64,000 bases of DNA from an uncultured virus (IMG/VR IMGVR_UViG_3300042923_001406) (lineage: Duplodnaviria; Heunggongvirae; Uroviricota; Caudoviricetes), in the IMG/VR virus record IMGVR_UViG_3300042923_001406; one strand, given 5' to 3'. The first letter of the stretch is position 1. Each line of letters begins with the position of its first letter. Positions 1-10,700 of this stretch are shown one piece after another. Below the pieces are notes generated by a model, which was not told the DNA's origin, ran no database searches, and saw only the letters and a program-made list of their open reading frames with translations. Position numbers and translations under genes: made by a program.

Positions 1-223
1 TTTATCTAATTTGATAGATTCTGTAACTAAAAAGATGAATGAAATTGGAAGTTCTAGTGTAACTTTATCTATATCTTCGAGATTTAAACCTTATTTTGAA
101 AGTGTTTTATCGTCTACTAATGGTAAAGGAAGATTTTATAATTTTGAAATTGTAGATAATAATATGTCTATAAAGGATGCTGATTATTTCATTATAATGA
201 AAATAATTAAAAAGGAGGATTAA
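1..223 (+). CDS. Hypothetical protein, probably 5'-truncated by the window edge
   Basis: Frame is open from position 2; ORF track calls 11..223 from a TTG; ends just before the next ATG, which has an AGGAGG RBS. Confidence 0.6.
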   Translation, partial: LSNLIDSVTKKMNEIGSSSVTLSISSRFKPYFESVLSSTNGKGRFYNFEIVDNNMSIKDADYFIIMKIIKKED

Positions 224-224
224 T

Positions 225-1301
225 ATGAGTTTTTTAAATAAATTAAAAGATATATTTACTTATTCTGGAGAAACAGAAGAGGATAACAGTATAAATAAAT
301 CAGAGGAATTAGACAGCATAGATTTAAGAGAGGATAATTTTAGATTAAACTTAGATAATCCTCTAAAATATATAAAAAATGTAGTGAATAATAATAAACA
401 AAAAATAAAAAATAATATAATTGAAAAACAAAATAATGTATCAAGAAACACATTAAACAAATTATATACTTTTATTCATCTAAGAATAGAATATAAATTA
501 AATAAAGGAAAACCAGTTGAAGAAGGTATACTACTTTATAAAAGATTTTTAGAAGATAAAGTCATAGATGAAGGTATGTATTCTGATACTGATTTACTAT
601 ATGTAAAAGAACTTATAAATATAATGAAATCATTATATGAAAATGAAAATAAAGAATATATAAATATAGAAGACATAGTTGATGAATTATGTTCTAATAA
701 ATATATTTTTAATATACTAGAAATTTTAGAAATACAACAAAAATTTATGTTTTTAGATTATTTTATAAATAAATCATATATAGTATGTGGGTATTCTTAT
801 ATATCAGAGTCTAATAATAATATAAATGATATTATTAAATCATTAAATAAAGGTGTATTTAAATTAGAATTAGATAATATAATATTTATAATAGTTAATG
901 AATTATCAAGTGTTATATCAAATGATAATGAGTTGAATGTTAAAATAGATTATATTTCTTCTAAGTTAAAGACGTTTTTAAAACAATACTTATTAGATAA
1001 TAAAAATATAATACCATTATTTTTAAAGTATAATAATTTATTTGATGATAATAATATTAAAGAAAATAGTAATGTAAACTTAGAAATAAATAATTCAATA
1101 GAGACTTTAAGAAACAAATTTATAAACTTATATAAGCCTTTAACAGATTTAGAAAATGAAGATATTAGTATAACTGATTTAAAATCAGCTATAGAAGATA
1201 TTAATAATAATATTTCATTAGAAGATTATACAATGTCTCAAGAAGAGTATAAAATATTAAAATCTTTAGAAGAAAGATATGATTTAATGAAAGAGAGGTA
1301 A
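225..1301 (+). CDS. Hypothetical protein (358 aa)
   Basis: Long ORF, AAGGAGG RBS, no recognisable motif. Confidence 0.8.
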   Translation: MSFLNKLKDIFTYSGETEEDNSINKSEELDSIDLREDNFRLNLDNPLKYIKNVVNNNKQKIKNNIIEKQNNVSRNTLNKLYTFIHLRIEYKLNKGKPVEEGILLYKRFLEDKVIDEGMYSDTDLLYVKELINIMKSLYENENKEYINIEDIVDELCSNKYIFNILEILEIQQKFMFLDYFINKSYIVCGYSYISESNNNINDIIKSLNKGVFKLELDNIIFIIVNELSSVISNDNELNVKIDYISSKLKTFLKQYLLDNKNIIPLFLKYNNLFDDNNIKENSNVNLEINNSIETLRNKFINLYKPLTDLENEDISITDLKSAIEDINNNISLEDYTMSQEEYKILKSLEERYDLMKER

Positions 1302-1306
1302 ACATA

Positions 1307-2854
1307 ATGTTTGAGAGGATTATATATTTTATAGGAAGATGTTTATCTAATATTTTTGGATTTGTATCTAGTATAAAAGATAATATAACAGTAGAAACAA
1401 ATATGATGAAAAATCAAGTAAAGTCTACTACAATAAAAACTAAGAGTATGATAAATGTTTCTATTAGTGAAGATAGTCATATAAATTATTTTAATAAACG
1501 TGTAATAACAGAATTTTTAAAAGTAATAGCTTCTTTATTAGAATATAAATATAATAAAGATAGCAATCTTTATGTAGTGTATTTAGTTAGAAAGAAAAAT
1601 AAATATAATATAGAATATATAAAGTTTACTAGAGATAATAAAGAATCTAAAATAACAAATATAACATACACATATATAAATAAGTTAATATCTACTACTG
1701 GTATATCAGTTAATATAGGTAGAACAGATAAAGATATATTAAATATAGATGAAAATGTTATTAAATGTGTATTAGATTCTATTAACACAAATAAATCACC
1801 TTTATATATATTATATAATATAAATGACAATATAGAAATAGGTAATGACAATTTTATATATGATTGTTGGGTGCTTACTTCAAAAATAATCTTACACAAA
1901 ACAGAATCATATTTTAATAATAAATCATATTTTAATGAAGTTGAATATTTAACTAAAAAGGCTGGATTACATGTCGTAATGTCTTATTTTAAGAGTATTA
2001 ATAATATATTTTACAATAATATTTATAAACAATCAAATATAAAAACAATTGTAGATATTATAACTGAATATAATAGTTTAAATACAACAAAATATGGTAT
2101 ATTAGATTTTTATTATAGTAAATCATCAAAAGATAGATTTAAGTATGAAATAGTAAAAAATAATAATTATACCATAATAGGTTCTTATGGTCTTTATTTA
2201 AGATTGGATGGTATAATAGAAAATCCTAATATAACTTTATTTGATAAAATAGGATTAGAATTATTTAATACAATACTTAATACAAAGGATTTTAATCTGT
2301 CTAAAAATATAATATCTTATTTATTTTCAATAGGAAATATGTCAGAAGATGATATTAATAAGATAAAAGAAGAAATAGACATTAGTGGTCCTAAATATCA
2401 AGATAGAGGTATGGAAGAACTTAATAGTAAAGTAGAAAAACCTTTAGATATTGTTATGGAATATAATAAATTTACAGAAAATGAAGAAGGTGATTTTGAA
2501 TCAGAATTATATAAAAATAAAAAAGAATTTTACTTAAAAGATATTATAAGTAATAATAATATAATAAACCCTGTAATAAATGAACCATCTATAATATTTG
2601 ATTCAAAAGATAAAATAGATAATATAGAAAATAAAATAAAAGATATAAATTCGTTTGATAAATTAAAAGAAATATATAGAGAAAGTTTAGATAATATAGA
2701 TTTAGATAATGTATTAGATAAACCTATAGCATTTTGGACAGAGGATGAATGTTTAAAAATTTTAAGTAATATAGATTTAATTAATTTAAATAAAGAAGTT
2801 ATATCTGAAATAAGAGAAAGACTTTCTTATTTTCTTACAAAGAGTGGTGAATAA
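1307..2854 (+). CDS. Hypothetical protein (515 aa)
   Basis: Long ORF, GAGG RBS. Confidence 0.8.
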   Translation: MFERIIYFIGRCLSNIFGFVSSIKDNITVETNMMKNQVKSTTIKTKSMINVSISEDSHINYFNKRVITEFLKVIASLLEYKYNKDSNLYVVYLVRKKNKYNIEYIKFTRDNKESKITNITYTYINKLISTTGISVNIGRTDKDILNIDENVIKCVLDSINTNKSPLYILYNINDNIEIGNDNFIYDCWVLTSKIILHKTESYFNNKSYFNEVEYLTKKAGLHVVMSYFKSINNIFYNNIYKQSNIKTIVDIITEYNSLNTTKYGILDFYYSKSSKDRFKYEIVKNNNYTIIGSYGLYLRLDGIIENPNITLFDKIGLELFNTILNTKDFNLSKNIISYLFSIGNMSEDDINKIKEEIDISGPKYQDRGMEELNSKVEKPLDIVMEYNKFTENEEGDFESELYKNKKEFYLKDIISNNNIINPVINEPSIIFDSKDKIDNIENKIKDINSFDKLKEIYRESLDNIDLDNVLDKPIAFWTEDECLKILSNIDLINLNKEVISEIRERLSYFLTKSGE

Positions 2855-5800
2855 ATTGAAAAAGTTTATGTCTTATTTAATTATAATTTTAATATTATTT
2901 AATAATATATTTGTTTTTGGAGAAGAGACATCAGAAGAAAAGGATAATACTATAAATATTTCAGAACAAACAAATACTTACTATAATACTTACTATAATA
3001 ATTACTACTTGAATGATTATAATTATGATTATATGGATATATTTTCATTAAACAATAAAAATAATGATTCTTATTATAGACCTAAATATTCTGATTTATC
3101 TAAATCTTTAAAAGATTATATTGAGACGTCAAATAAGAATATTAAAGTAAATAAGAATAGTTTTGATCAACATTATAATACAAATGGAAATTTAATTGAA
3201 TGGTCCGATATAAATAAAGAAGATAAACCAACTTCAAGAGCTTTAGAAATATTAGGATATGATTTTATGTTATCACATGCAGAAATGAATACGAATACTG
3301 GAGAGATAGAACCAATAGTTGGGTATGGTTATCCTATAAATTCAAAGACTTTTATAATGAATATTTATAAATCTTTAAATTTAGAAATATATGATATTTT
3401 CTTTAATATTTATAATAATACTTCTGAATGTGGTGTATCAATATCAAGATCAAATTCTAATCAATATTGGAAAAAGTTTTTAAATGATCATCCTATAAAT
3501 TATAATGTATACAGTAACAGTATAATAGAAAATGAAACACAGTCTAATGATACAATATTAAAAACATATGATGCGATAGTTATATTGGCAGAAATGTTAG
3601 AATTTTATGGCGAACCTGTTATATCAAAACAAGAAGAATACTTACTTCTTCAGATTTACGGGGATGATGTTCCAAGAAATTTAACTAATCAGCAAAGAGA
3701 AGCATGGTCCTATTTGAAATGTAGAGGTATTATAGGAGATACAGAGTTTAATTATGAAGAAGATTTGTCTTTCAATACTATGTTAGATTTATTAATGAGA
3801 GTAAAAGACAAAGAGTCAAGATTTGATTTTAAAGAAGTTCAAATAACTACTAATTTAGATAATTCGTTTGTAAAAAGTGGTTATTATGAAAGAGATGTAG
3901 ATTTAGAATATAAACCTTTAATAAATGTTGAAGTAGAATCTATAGATTTTTCAGATGCTATAAGATATGATTACCTTATAGAAATAAATGATGATATTAA
4001 ATTTAAGGATAAAGATACTAATATTTTATCTAAAAGTTTATTTATCTCGTATGAGCAAAATGCTAATGCTAAAGCTATAGAAGGTTCTATATATCATGGT
4101 GTAATTGATAATAAATTTTATCATTTTTCAGTTCCTATAACTAAAGTTAAAGATAAATCATATATTTATGTAAATTCAAAAAATTCAAATGATTTACCTA
4201 AAGTATATAATATTTTATCTACAGGAGGTCTATATTTAGATGGTAAGAGTAATAGTGAAAATTCAGTTACATTTTCTAAAATTGATAAGTTTAGCAATTC
4301 GATGCCTGAAAGTATGTATGTAGATGAAAGTAGAAAAGATAAAAATACTTTAATAAGTAAGTATTTATTTAATAAAATATTCAATTTAGCTAATAAAGCT
4401 TATGCTAGAGAGATTTTAGATTCAGATGGTATAATAAATCCTATAAATATAACATTAAAAATAAAAAATGATTATATAGATGTTGATAAAACAATAAATA
4501 ATTTGAAATCTAAAATAAGTAGTACAATATTAAGTTCAATAACTAATAATAACAATGAGTTAAGTATTAATTTAAAGAATTTCTATACGAGTTACGAAAA
4601 TGCTACAGAATTTTTAAATGAATATATAATAGTTAAAGAAGAATATAAAAGTAATACAAGTGGATCTAGTAAAGCTGTACTATGTTTAACAGGAGATAAG
4701 TTATTAATAGATTTAGATGAAGCTAAATCATTAAATTTAATAAAAGGATATGAACCAAGATTAGATGACGATGCTTTAATAATATATAAAAAAGGAAGTA
4801 ATAATAGTACAGATATAATAATAGTTGACAATATAAATAAAACAATACAAAAAGGAAATACATATTTACAAATAAGAGAAGATCAACAGTTATTTATATA
4901 TAGAAATGGAAAATATATGGTAGATTTTAGAGCATTATATGGCTCTAAAGAAGTTAGTTTTAGAATAGTAGATGATAGTCAAGGCAAGACAATAGTCACT
5001 ATGTATGAAAATTTAAATTTATTTACAAATAATAATTCAAGTGATAATTCATATTTAGTAGGAGATTATATGTATTTTAATACTAAACAAACACTACCAT
5101 ATAAGTCTACTGAATACAATTCAAATATAGATAGTGACAGTAGTATGAATATAGATATGTTATACAAGAAGAATTCAAATAATTATTATGATTCCTTTTT
5201 ACCATTTTCTTCAAACAATCCATTAGGTAATTATATACTTTATGGAGAATTTAATTATAATGAAGGAAAAGAAGATTATTATTTAGTGTTGTTTACACCA
5301 AAAGGATTATTAAATAATAATACACAACCTTTATTACAAAGAAATTATGAAGAATTATTTAGATTTATAACAAAAGATATATTAGATAAATATATAATAG
5401 ATGTTATAAAGGTTGAATATAAAGATAATAGTAGATTTAGAAATATACCAAATATAGGATGGTGTTATATATTACAAGATACTACCAATGATTCTGACTC
5501 TTTTATAAGAAATTTTATGAGTAGAAGTAGTAGATTTCCATTAACAATACAAGGTACAGGTAGTTCAAGAAAGTTAATAAATTATAATGTTAATAAATTA
5601 TATGAAGATGGAACAATAGATAATTTTATAAAATATCCTAATAGTTCATTTAGTAATGTTGTTCCAGCTATAGTAGGAGTACAAAGTTTTGTAACTAATT
5701 CTAAATTTATATCTACGTTATCTGATAATTCAAAAGAAGCAATAAAGAATTATAATTCAGAGTTTTATTTTGGTACACTTAAGTTAATAAAAAGAAATGA

Positions 5801-6380
5801 TTCTTTAGTAACACAATATGGTAATATTGACGTAAGCACTAACAAAGATATTAAATTTTTAAGTATGAATAAAATACTTAAAAATTCAGGAACTTTATAT
5901 AATCCTGGTATTTATATGGTGTTACCTAATGATTACAATATCACATATACGCAACATAAACAAGAAATAAAGTATGAAGAAATAGATAAAATTAGTATAG
6001 ACTTACAAAAATTCTTTGATAAGTTTGAAGATATATCATTTCTTAATTTTATAAGAGATTTAGACACTAAAATGTCTTTAGTATATTATATATTCACAAG
6101 GGTAGTACCACTTATAATATTATCGTTATTAGTAATTTTAACTATAATTGCTTTTGTAAGTGATATGAGAATAGTACAGTTATTTTGCACAAAAGTATTT
6201 GATCCAGTTAAAATATTGACATTTGGTCATTATGATATACAAACCGTAAAAAATAGATTTTTAGTTGTAAGTTTAACTATAGCTTTAATATTTATGGGTT
6301 TTATACAAGCTGGTAATTTAGAGAAATTAATATTATTTTGTGTTAGATTTTATTTTGCTGCTAAATTATTTTTTAACTAA
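2844..6380 (+). CDS. Large exported, membrane-anchored protein (1178 aa), probably conjugation-associated
   Basis: N-terminal signal-like hydrophobic segment and two C-terminal TM helices; upstream of the VirB4 block. Confidence 0.7.
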   Translation: MVNKLKKFMSYLIIILILFNNIFVFGEETSEEKDNTINISEQTNTYYNTYYNNYYLNDYNYDYMDIFSLNNKNNDSYYRPKYSDLSKSLKDYIETSNKNIKVNKNSFDQHYNTNGNLIEWSDINKEDKPTSRALEILGYDFMLSHAEMNTNTGEIEPIVGYGYPINSKTFIMNIYKSLNLEIYDIFFNIYNNTSECGVSISRSNSNQYWKKFLNDHPINYNVYSNSIIENETQSNDTILKTYDAIVILAEMLEFYGEPVISKQEEYLLLQIYGDDVPRNLTNQQREAWSYLKCRGIIGDTEFNYEEDLSFNTMLDLLMRVKDKESRFDFKEVQITTNLDNSFVKSGYYERDVDLEYKPLINVEVESIDFSDAIRYDYLIEINDDIKFKDKDTNILSKSLFISYEQNANAKAIEGSIYHGVIDNKFYHFSVPITKVKDKSYIYVNSKNSNDLPKVYNILSTGGLYLDGKSNSENSVTFSKIDKFSNSMPESMYVDESRKDKNTLISKYLFNKIFNLANKAYAREILDSDGIINPINITLKIKNDYIDVDKTINNLKSKISSTILSSITNNNNELSINLKNFYTSYENATEFLNEYIIVKEEYKSNTSGSSKAVLCLTGDKLLIDLDEAKSLNLIKGYEPRLDDDALIIYKKGSNNSTDIIIVDNINKTIQKGNTYLQIREDQQLFIYRNGKYMVDFRALYGSKEVSFRIVDDSQGKTIVTMYENLNLFTNNNSSDNSYLVGDYMYFNTKQTLPYKSTEYNSNIDSDSSMNIDMLYKKNSNNYYDSFLPFSSNNPLGNYILYGEFNYNEGKEDYYLVLFTPKGLLNNNTQPLLQRNYEELFRFITKDILDKYIIDVIKVEYKDNSRFRNIPNIGWCYILQDTTNDSDSFIRNFMSRSSRFPLTIQGTGSSRKLINYNVNKLYEDGTIDNFIKYPNSSFSNVVPAIVGVQSFVTNSKFISTLSDNSKEAIKNYNSEFYFGTLKLIKRNDSLVTQYGNIDVSTNKDIKFLSMNKILKNSGTLYNPGIYMVLPNDYNITYTQHKQEIKYEEIDKISIDLQKFFDKFEDISFLNFIRDLDTKMSLVYYIFTRVVPLIILSLLVILTIIAFVSDMRIVQLFCTKVFDPVKILTFGHYDIQTVKNRFLVVSLTIALIFMGFIQAGNLEKLILFCVRFYFAAKLFFN
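2973..3008 (+). repeat. Short in-frame 12-bp tandem repeat (AATACTTACTAT x2 plus one degenerate copy) encoding NTYY-NTYY-NNYY
   Basis: Read directly from the sequence. Confidence 0.7.
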
Positions 6381-6397
6381 AGGAGGCGAGTAATCTA

Positions 6398-7741
6398 ATG
6401 TTTGCAGACAATAATTTATTTAATCCTCAATGGACTACAGGTAATCTTAGTGCTATTGCTCCTATTGTACAAGTAGTTGGATTTATAGCTATGTGTTTTA
6501 TATCTATTGGTGGTTTCTTTATGGTAATATTACCTATAATAAGAAATGTTATAAATGGTATTGTAGTAGTTGCACCAAATATATGTGACAAGATAGATGA
6601 AGCACATCGTACTAAATTAGGATTTAATCAAAAAGAAGGTGGAAATCAGATACAAATGGTTATAGGTAGTATGACAACAATGGTTTATAGTTGTATACCT
6701 AATTTTAAAGCAATGTCTGATTTCGAAGATGGTATTAAAGATCCAAAATCATTTATGACCAAGGGTTTGGTTATGATGTGTATTTATGTTTTTGTGGGTG
6801 TGTTTATATTTTATGGATATCCAGCTAAAGTTGCAGATAAATTTTCTCAAACAGCAACTGGTGTAATAGATATGGCATTAAATAACGTGGACCCTACTGC
6901 ATGGATTGAAAAGATACCTACAAATATGGCAAGACCTGATTTATCAACAAATCATGCTACAGATGAATTAGGAAAGAATACAAATACAATGTCTAAATCT
7001 ATTTATAGTTCATTAACAGGTAAATATAGCGAAATGACAAGAGAAAATAGAATAGCATTATCTCATGAAATTGAAGGGTGGACAAATAGTAAATTATCTG
7101 AAATTTCTAGTCACAGTGATTCTAATAAATATAAAATGACTATAGAATCTAGAGTTATGTCTTATAACCCACAATTAAATGATAAAGCAATTTGGCCTGC
7201 TTATGCACACGATTCACAGGAAAATATATTTATATTCCAATTAAAGACACCTATTTCAGATATATTTAATGTAGGTATTCCTGGTGGTGTAGATGGAGAT
7301 TTCTTGATGTGTGTAATTAAATTTTATGAACTATCAGAAAAAGGTGATGATATTACTAAAGTAAATAATTATGCTGAAGTTATGGGTAGTTCATTTAGTA
7401 ATGGTAAAACTAGTAATTCCAGTATTTGGAATTCACCAGATGGTATAACATTTAGAAGAGATAATATTAAATTAAATGGAGTAACTGCATCTTCTGTTGT
7501 ACAAAATGGAAGTACTTATACTGTTACTTTTCCTGTATCTCTAACAGATTTAAAAAATAGTACTGGAGCATGCGAAGGAATTTTTGTTATAGATGGTTCT
7601 AATAGTTCTTATCAACATCCTATAGTTGGTATAATATTTGGTAATAAGTATAGGTTTGAGCCTGTTGAATCTTCTAAATATAATGGGTGGGATCTAAAAG
7701 AATCACCTACATTAAAGAAAGATAATGTAGAGAATCCATAA
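6398..7741 (+). CDS. Membrane protein (447 aa) with N-terminal TM segments, probable conjugation component
   Basis: AAGGAGG RBS; hydrophobic segments at about aa 20-60 and 122-142; soluble C-terminal part. Confidence 0.65.
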   Translation: MFADNNLFNPQWTTGNLSAIAPIVQVVGFIAMCFISIGGFFMVILPIIRNVINGIVVVAPNICDKIDEAHRTKLGFNQKEGGNQIQMVIGSMTTMVYSCIPNFKAMSDFEDGIKDPKSFMTKGLVMMCIYVFVGVFIFYGYPAKVADKFSQTATGVIDMALNNVDPTAWIEKIPTNMARPDLSTNHATDELGKNTNTMSKSIYSSLTGKYSEMTRENRIALSHEIEGWTNSKLSEISSHSDSNKYKMTIESRVMSYNPQLNDKAIWPAYAHDSQENIFIFQLKTPISDIFNVGIPGGVDGDFLMCVIKFYELSEKGDDITKVNNYAEVMGSSFSNGKTSNSSIWNSPDGITFRRDNIKLNGVTASSVVQNGSTYTVTFPVSLTDLKNSTGACEGIFVIDGSNSSYQHPIVGIIFGNKYRFEPVESSKYNGWDLKESPTLKKDNVENP

Positions 7742-7749
7742 TAAGGGAT

Positions 7750-7773
7750 GATAAGTAGATTAATCTACTTATC
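7750..7773. promoter_or_regulatory. Perfect 24-bp palindrome GATAAGTAGATTAATCTACTTATC (hairpin, terminator or operator)
   Basis: Exact inverted repeat in the intergenic gap after 6398..7741. Confidence 0.65.
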
Positions 7774-7785
7774 TTATGGTCAAAG

Positions 7786-10700
7786 ATGACTATTTATAAA
7801 AATTATAAAGACTGGAGTTTTAAAATGAAAGTACATAAAAGAGTTTTATTATTATTTTGTTTATTTTTCATAATAATTAATATGATAAATACAGAAGTTT
7901 TAGCGTTAGATTATTCAAATATAAGAGATATAGTACATAGTAAAGATTATGGTACTGGTGATAATATATCAGAAAATTCAAGTTTATATAATAATATTTC
8001 TAATATAAAAATTACAGATAATAATTCTTATATATCTTATAATAATAATACTAAACTTGAAGATATAAAAAGGGAATATATAAATCTATCATTATTACAG
8101 AACCTATCGACTACAAATAATGATTTAGATACTATAAATAATGCATTGAGTAAATCTGGTTTATTTTTTAAAAGAAATGATTTTTATATAAAAGATAGTT
8201 ATGATAATACAAACAATAATATTAATGAAGTTATACTATCTTCTGATATAATGTACAGCTTAGGAACTGATAATACTTATAATAATAATGCTGTAGATTT
8301 AATAACTAATACTATGGACGAAGAGGTACTAAATAAATTAAAAGTATTAGGGCTAGTAAGATATGAAGATAAAACTGGATGGGATTTAACTACAAATTCT
8401 AATGATTCTATAGGTGTTGTTTTATATTATAATAAATTATCTGACAGTGATGTAAAATATTATATACGTTATTATATATATAATAAAAATAATAGTTCAA
8501 ATAAATATGGTCCATCTATAAATGAAAGTGTTAATAAAGTATTTGTATTAAACTATGATTTTACTAGTATAATGAAACTTTTATCAAATCAGAATATAGA
8601 TAAAGATAAATATCCTATTTTACAATATTTAAAAGAATCTTATATTAGTACTCAAGAAAAAATATTAAATGGGAAAAGAAAAGAACAAGCAGAAATATTT
8701 GAAGAATATTCCACTTTAACAAGTAAAAATTCATTTATACAAAATGAATTTAACAAATATAATAATTGGATAGTTAAATATAAAACTGGAGAATTAGTTC
8801 CAGAAGAATTAAATTCTTATAATACTTCACAATTAAAACAAATAGGTATTTATTTAAATATATTAAATGAATCTGGAATATTTAGTTTAGAACTAAGTGA
8901 GTTATTAAAAAATAATTATTTAATAGATATATCCAATTTTAATAATGAAGGTATTAATACATATAATGAAAAAGATTTATTAAGTACTATATCAGAGGCT
9001 AATGATATAGCAAGTTTATATTCTAAACAAGTTATATCCGATTATACTAATTTAGACAGTATAAATGCTGAATTATTTTATGATTTAATCAGGTATAGAT
9101 ATGCTAAAATATCAGGAGCACAAGAACGTTCTTTAGAATTACAAGCTTCAGACCAACGTATAGTAAATACAAAATTAGAGGACATTTTAATAGATAAATC
9201 CAAATTTAAATATAATATAATAAATCCATCTTTAATGGAACAATTAAATAAATTACCATATTTTGAAAATAGAAATTTCAATTATAGTGATTATTTAGAT
9301 TTAATTGCATCAATTCAATCTTTAGAGTATTATACAAAAGATTTAACTTCTTCTGGTATTAGTGAAGAAGGTATAAATAATTTATTAGAAGAAGCTATAA
9401 ATAATAGTGAGTCAAGTAAAAAATATAATTTAACTGATAGAAGATTAATTAAATGGGTTAAAACTTATAAACAAATAAAAGAAGGTTTAGATTGGTTAAG
9501 TTTAGAACCTTGGACTACTGAGTTAAAGTATATTTATGATAAATATAAAGATATATCAAAATTTGAATTTGAAGAAACTTTATTAGATTATGATGTAGAT
9601 TCAGAAACCGAACCCCTTAAAAAATTTTTCTCAGTAAAAGATTCTATATTATCAAAACATTATTTAACTGGAGTAGCTTTATCGTCTACTTATATACCTA
9701 TGCAGACAAATTTATATGATCCTACTTCAATAAGAATATTAAAAGACGAAGAATGGTTAAAAGAATTTCATATAAAATATGGTTTTCATAGAAAAGCTTT
9801 AATGATTGATAATAATGTTAATTCGGCAGTAGATAAATATATTTCTGGTAGCAGAGATACATACAGAGTAGCAACTTTAAATGATTTACTACAATATAAT
9901 AAAGATATTGTTCTTTATATAGATGATAATTTTTATAATGTAGAAGAAACTTCAAAGATGTTAGATAAAGTTTATAATAGATTATCAAATACTGAACAAG
10001 CGGGTATTACTGAAGAAACTTTTGAAGGAACCTTTAATAATTTATTTGATAAAGGTACGGAAGATATATTAAAAACTGGACCTGTAAACAAGTATAATAA
10101 AAGTTTAATAGATAATACTACTTCTTATGGTTCTAAGAAACCTATATTAGATTGGAATTCTTTAAAGGAGAAATTATTTACTGATGGTTTATTAATGCAG
10201 TCAGGTGATGGTCCTAATGATATAGATAACAATGAAATTAAAAATGAAATAGATAATTCAGAGTACTCTATACAACAATCCTATGCTGTAGTATCTGGAA
10301 TTTATAGACATAAAGAGTTAGCTAATTCCTTAAATAGTATATCTGACAATATCAAGCCTGTGTTTATGAGCTCACCAGCATTATTTAATATACAAGGAGT
10401 TCCAGATTATGAATTTAATACAATATATAATTATTATATGTTAAGAAATTTAAAGTATTCATTAGGCATTGATTATAAGACAACCTTAGATTTAGATAAT
10501 CCAATTTATATAGACATATATGGAAATATAATAACTGAAAGTGGATTAGTTGTAATACCAGCAGCTTCAAATGCAACGCTATATCCTAGAGATACTTATA
10601 ATCCTTATAATATAGGGTTTATGTATTTGTATTCAAAAGGAGATTATATAACTACAAATAATTTTAATGTCTCAGATAGATTAAATTATTTTATTAAGGA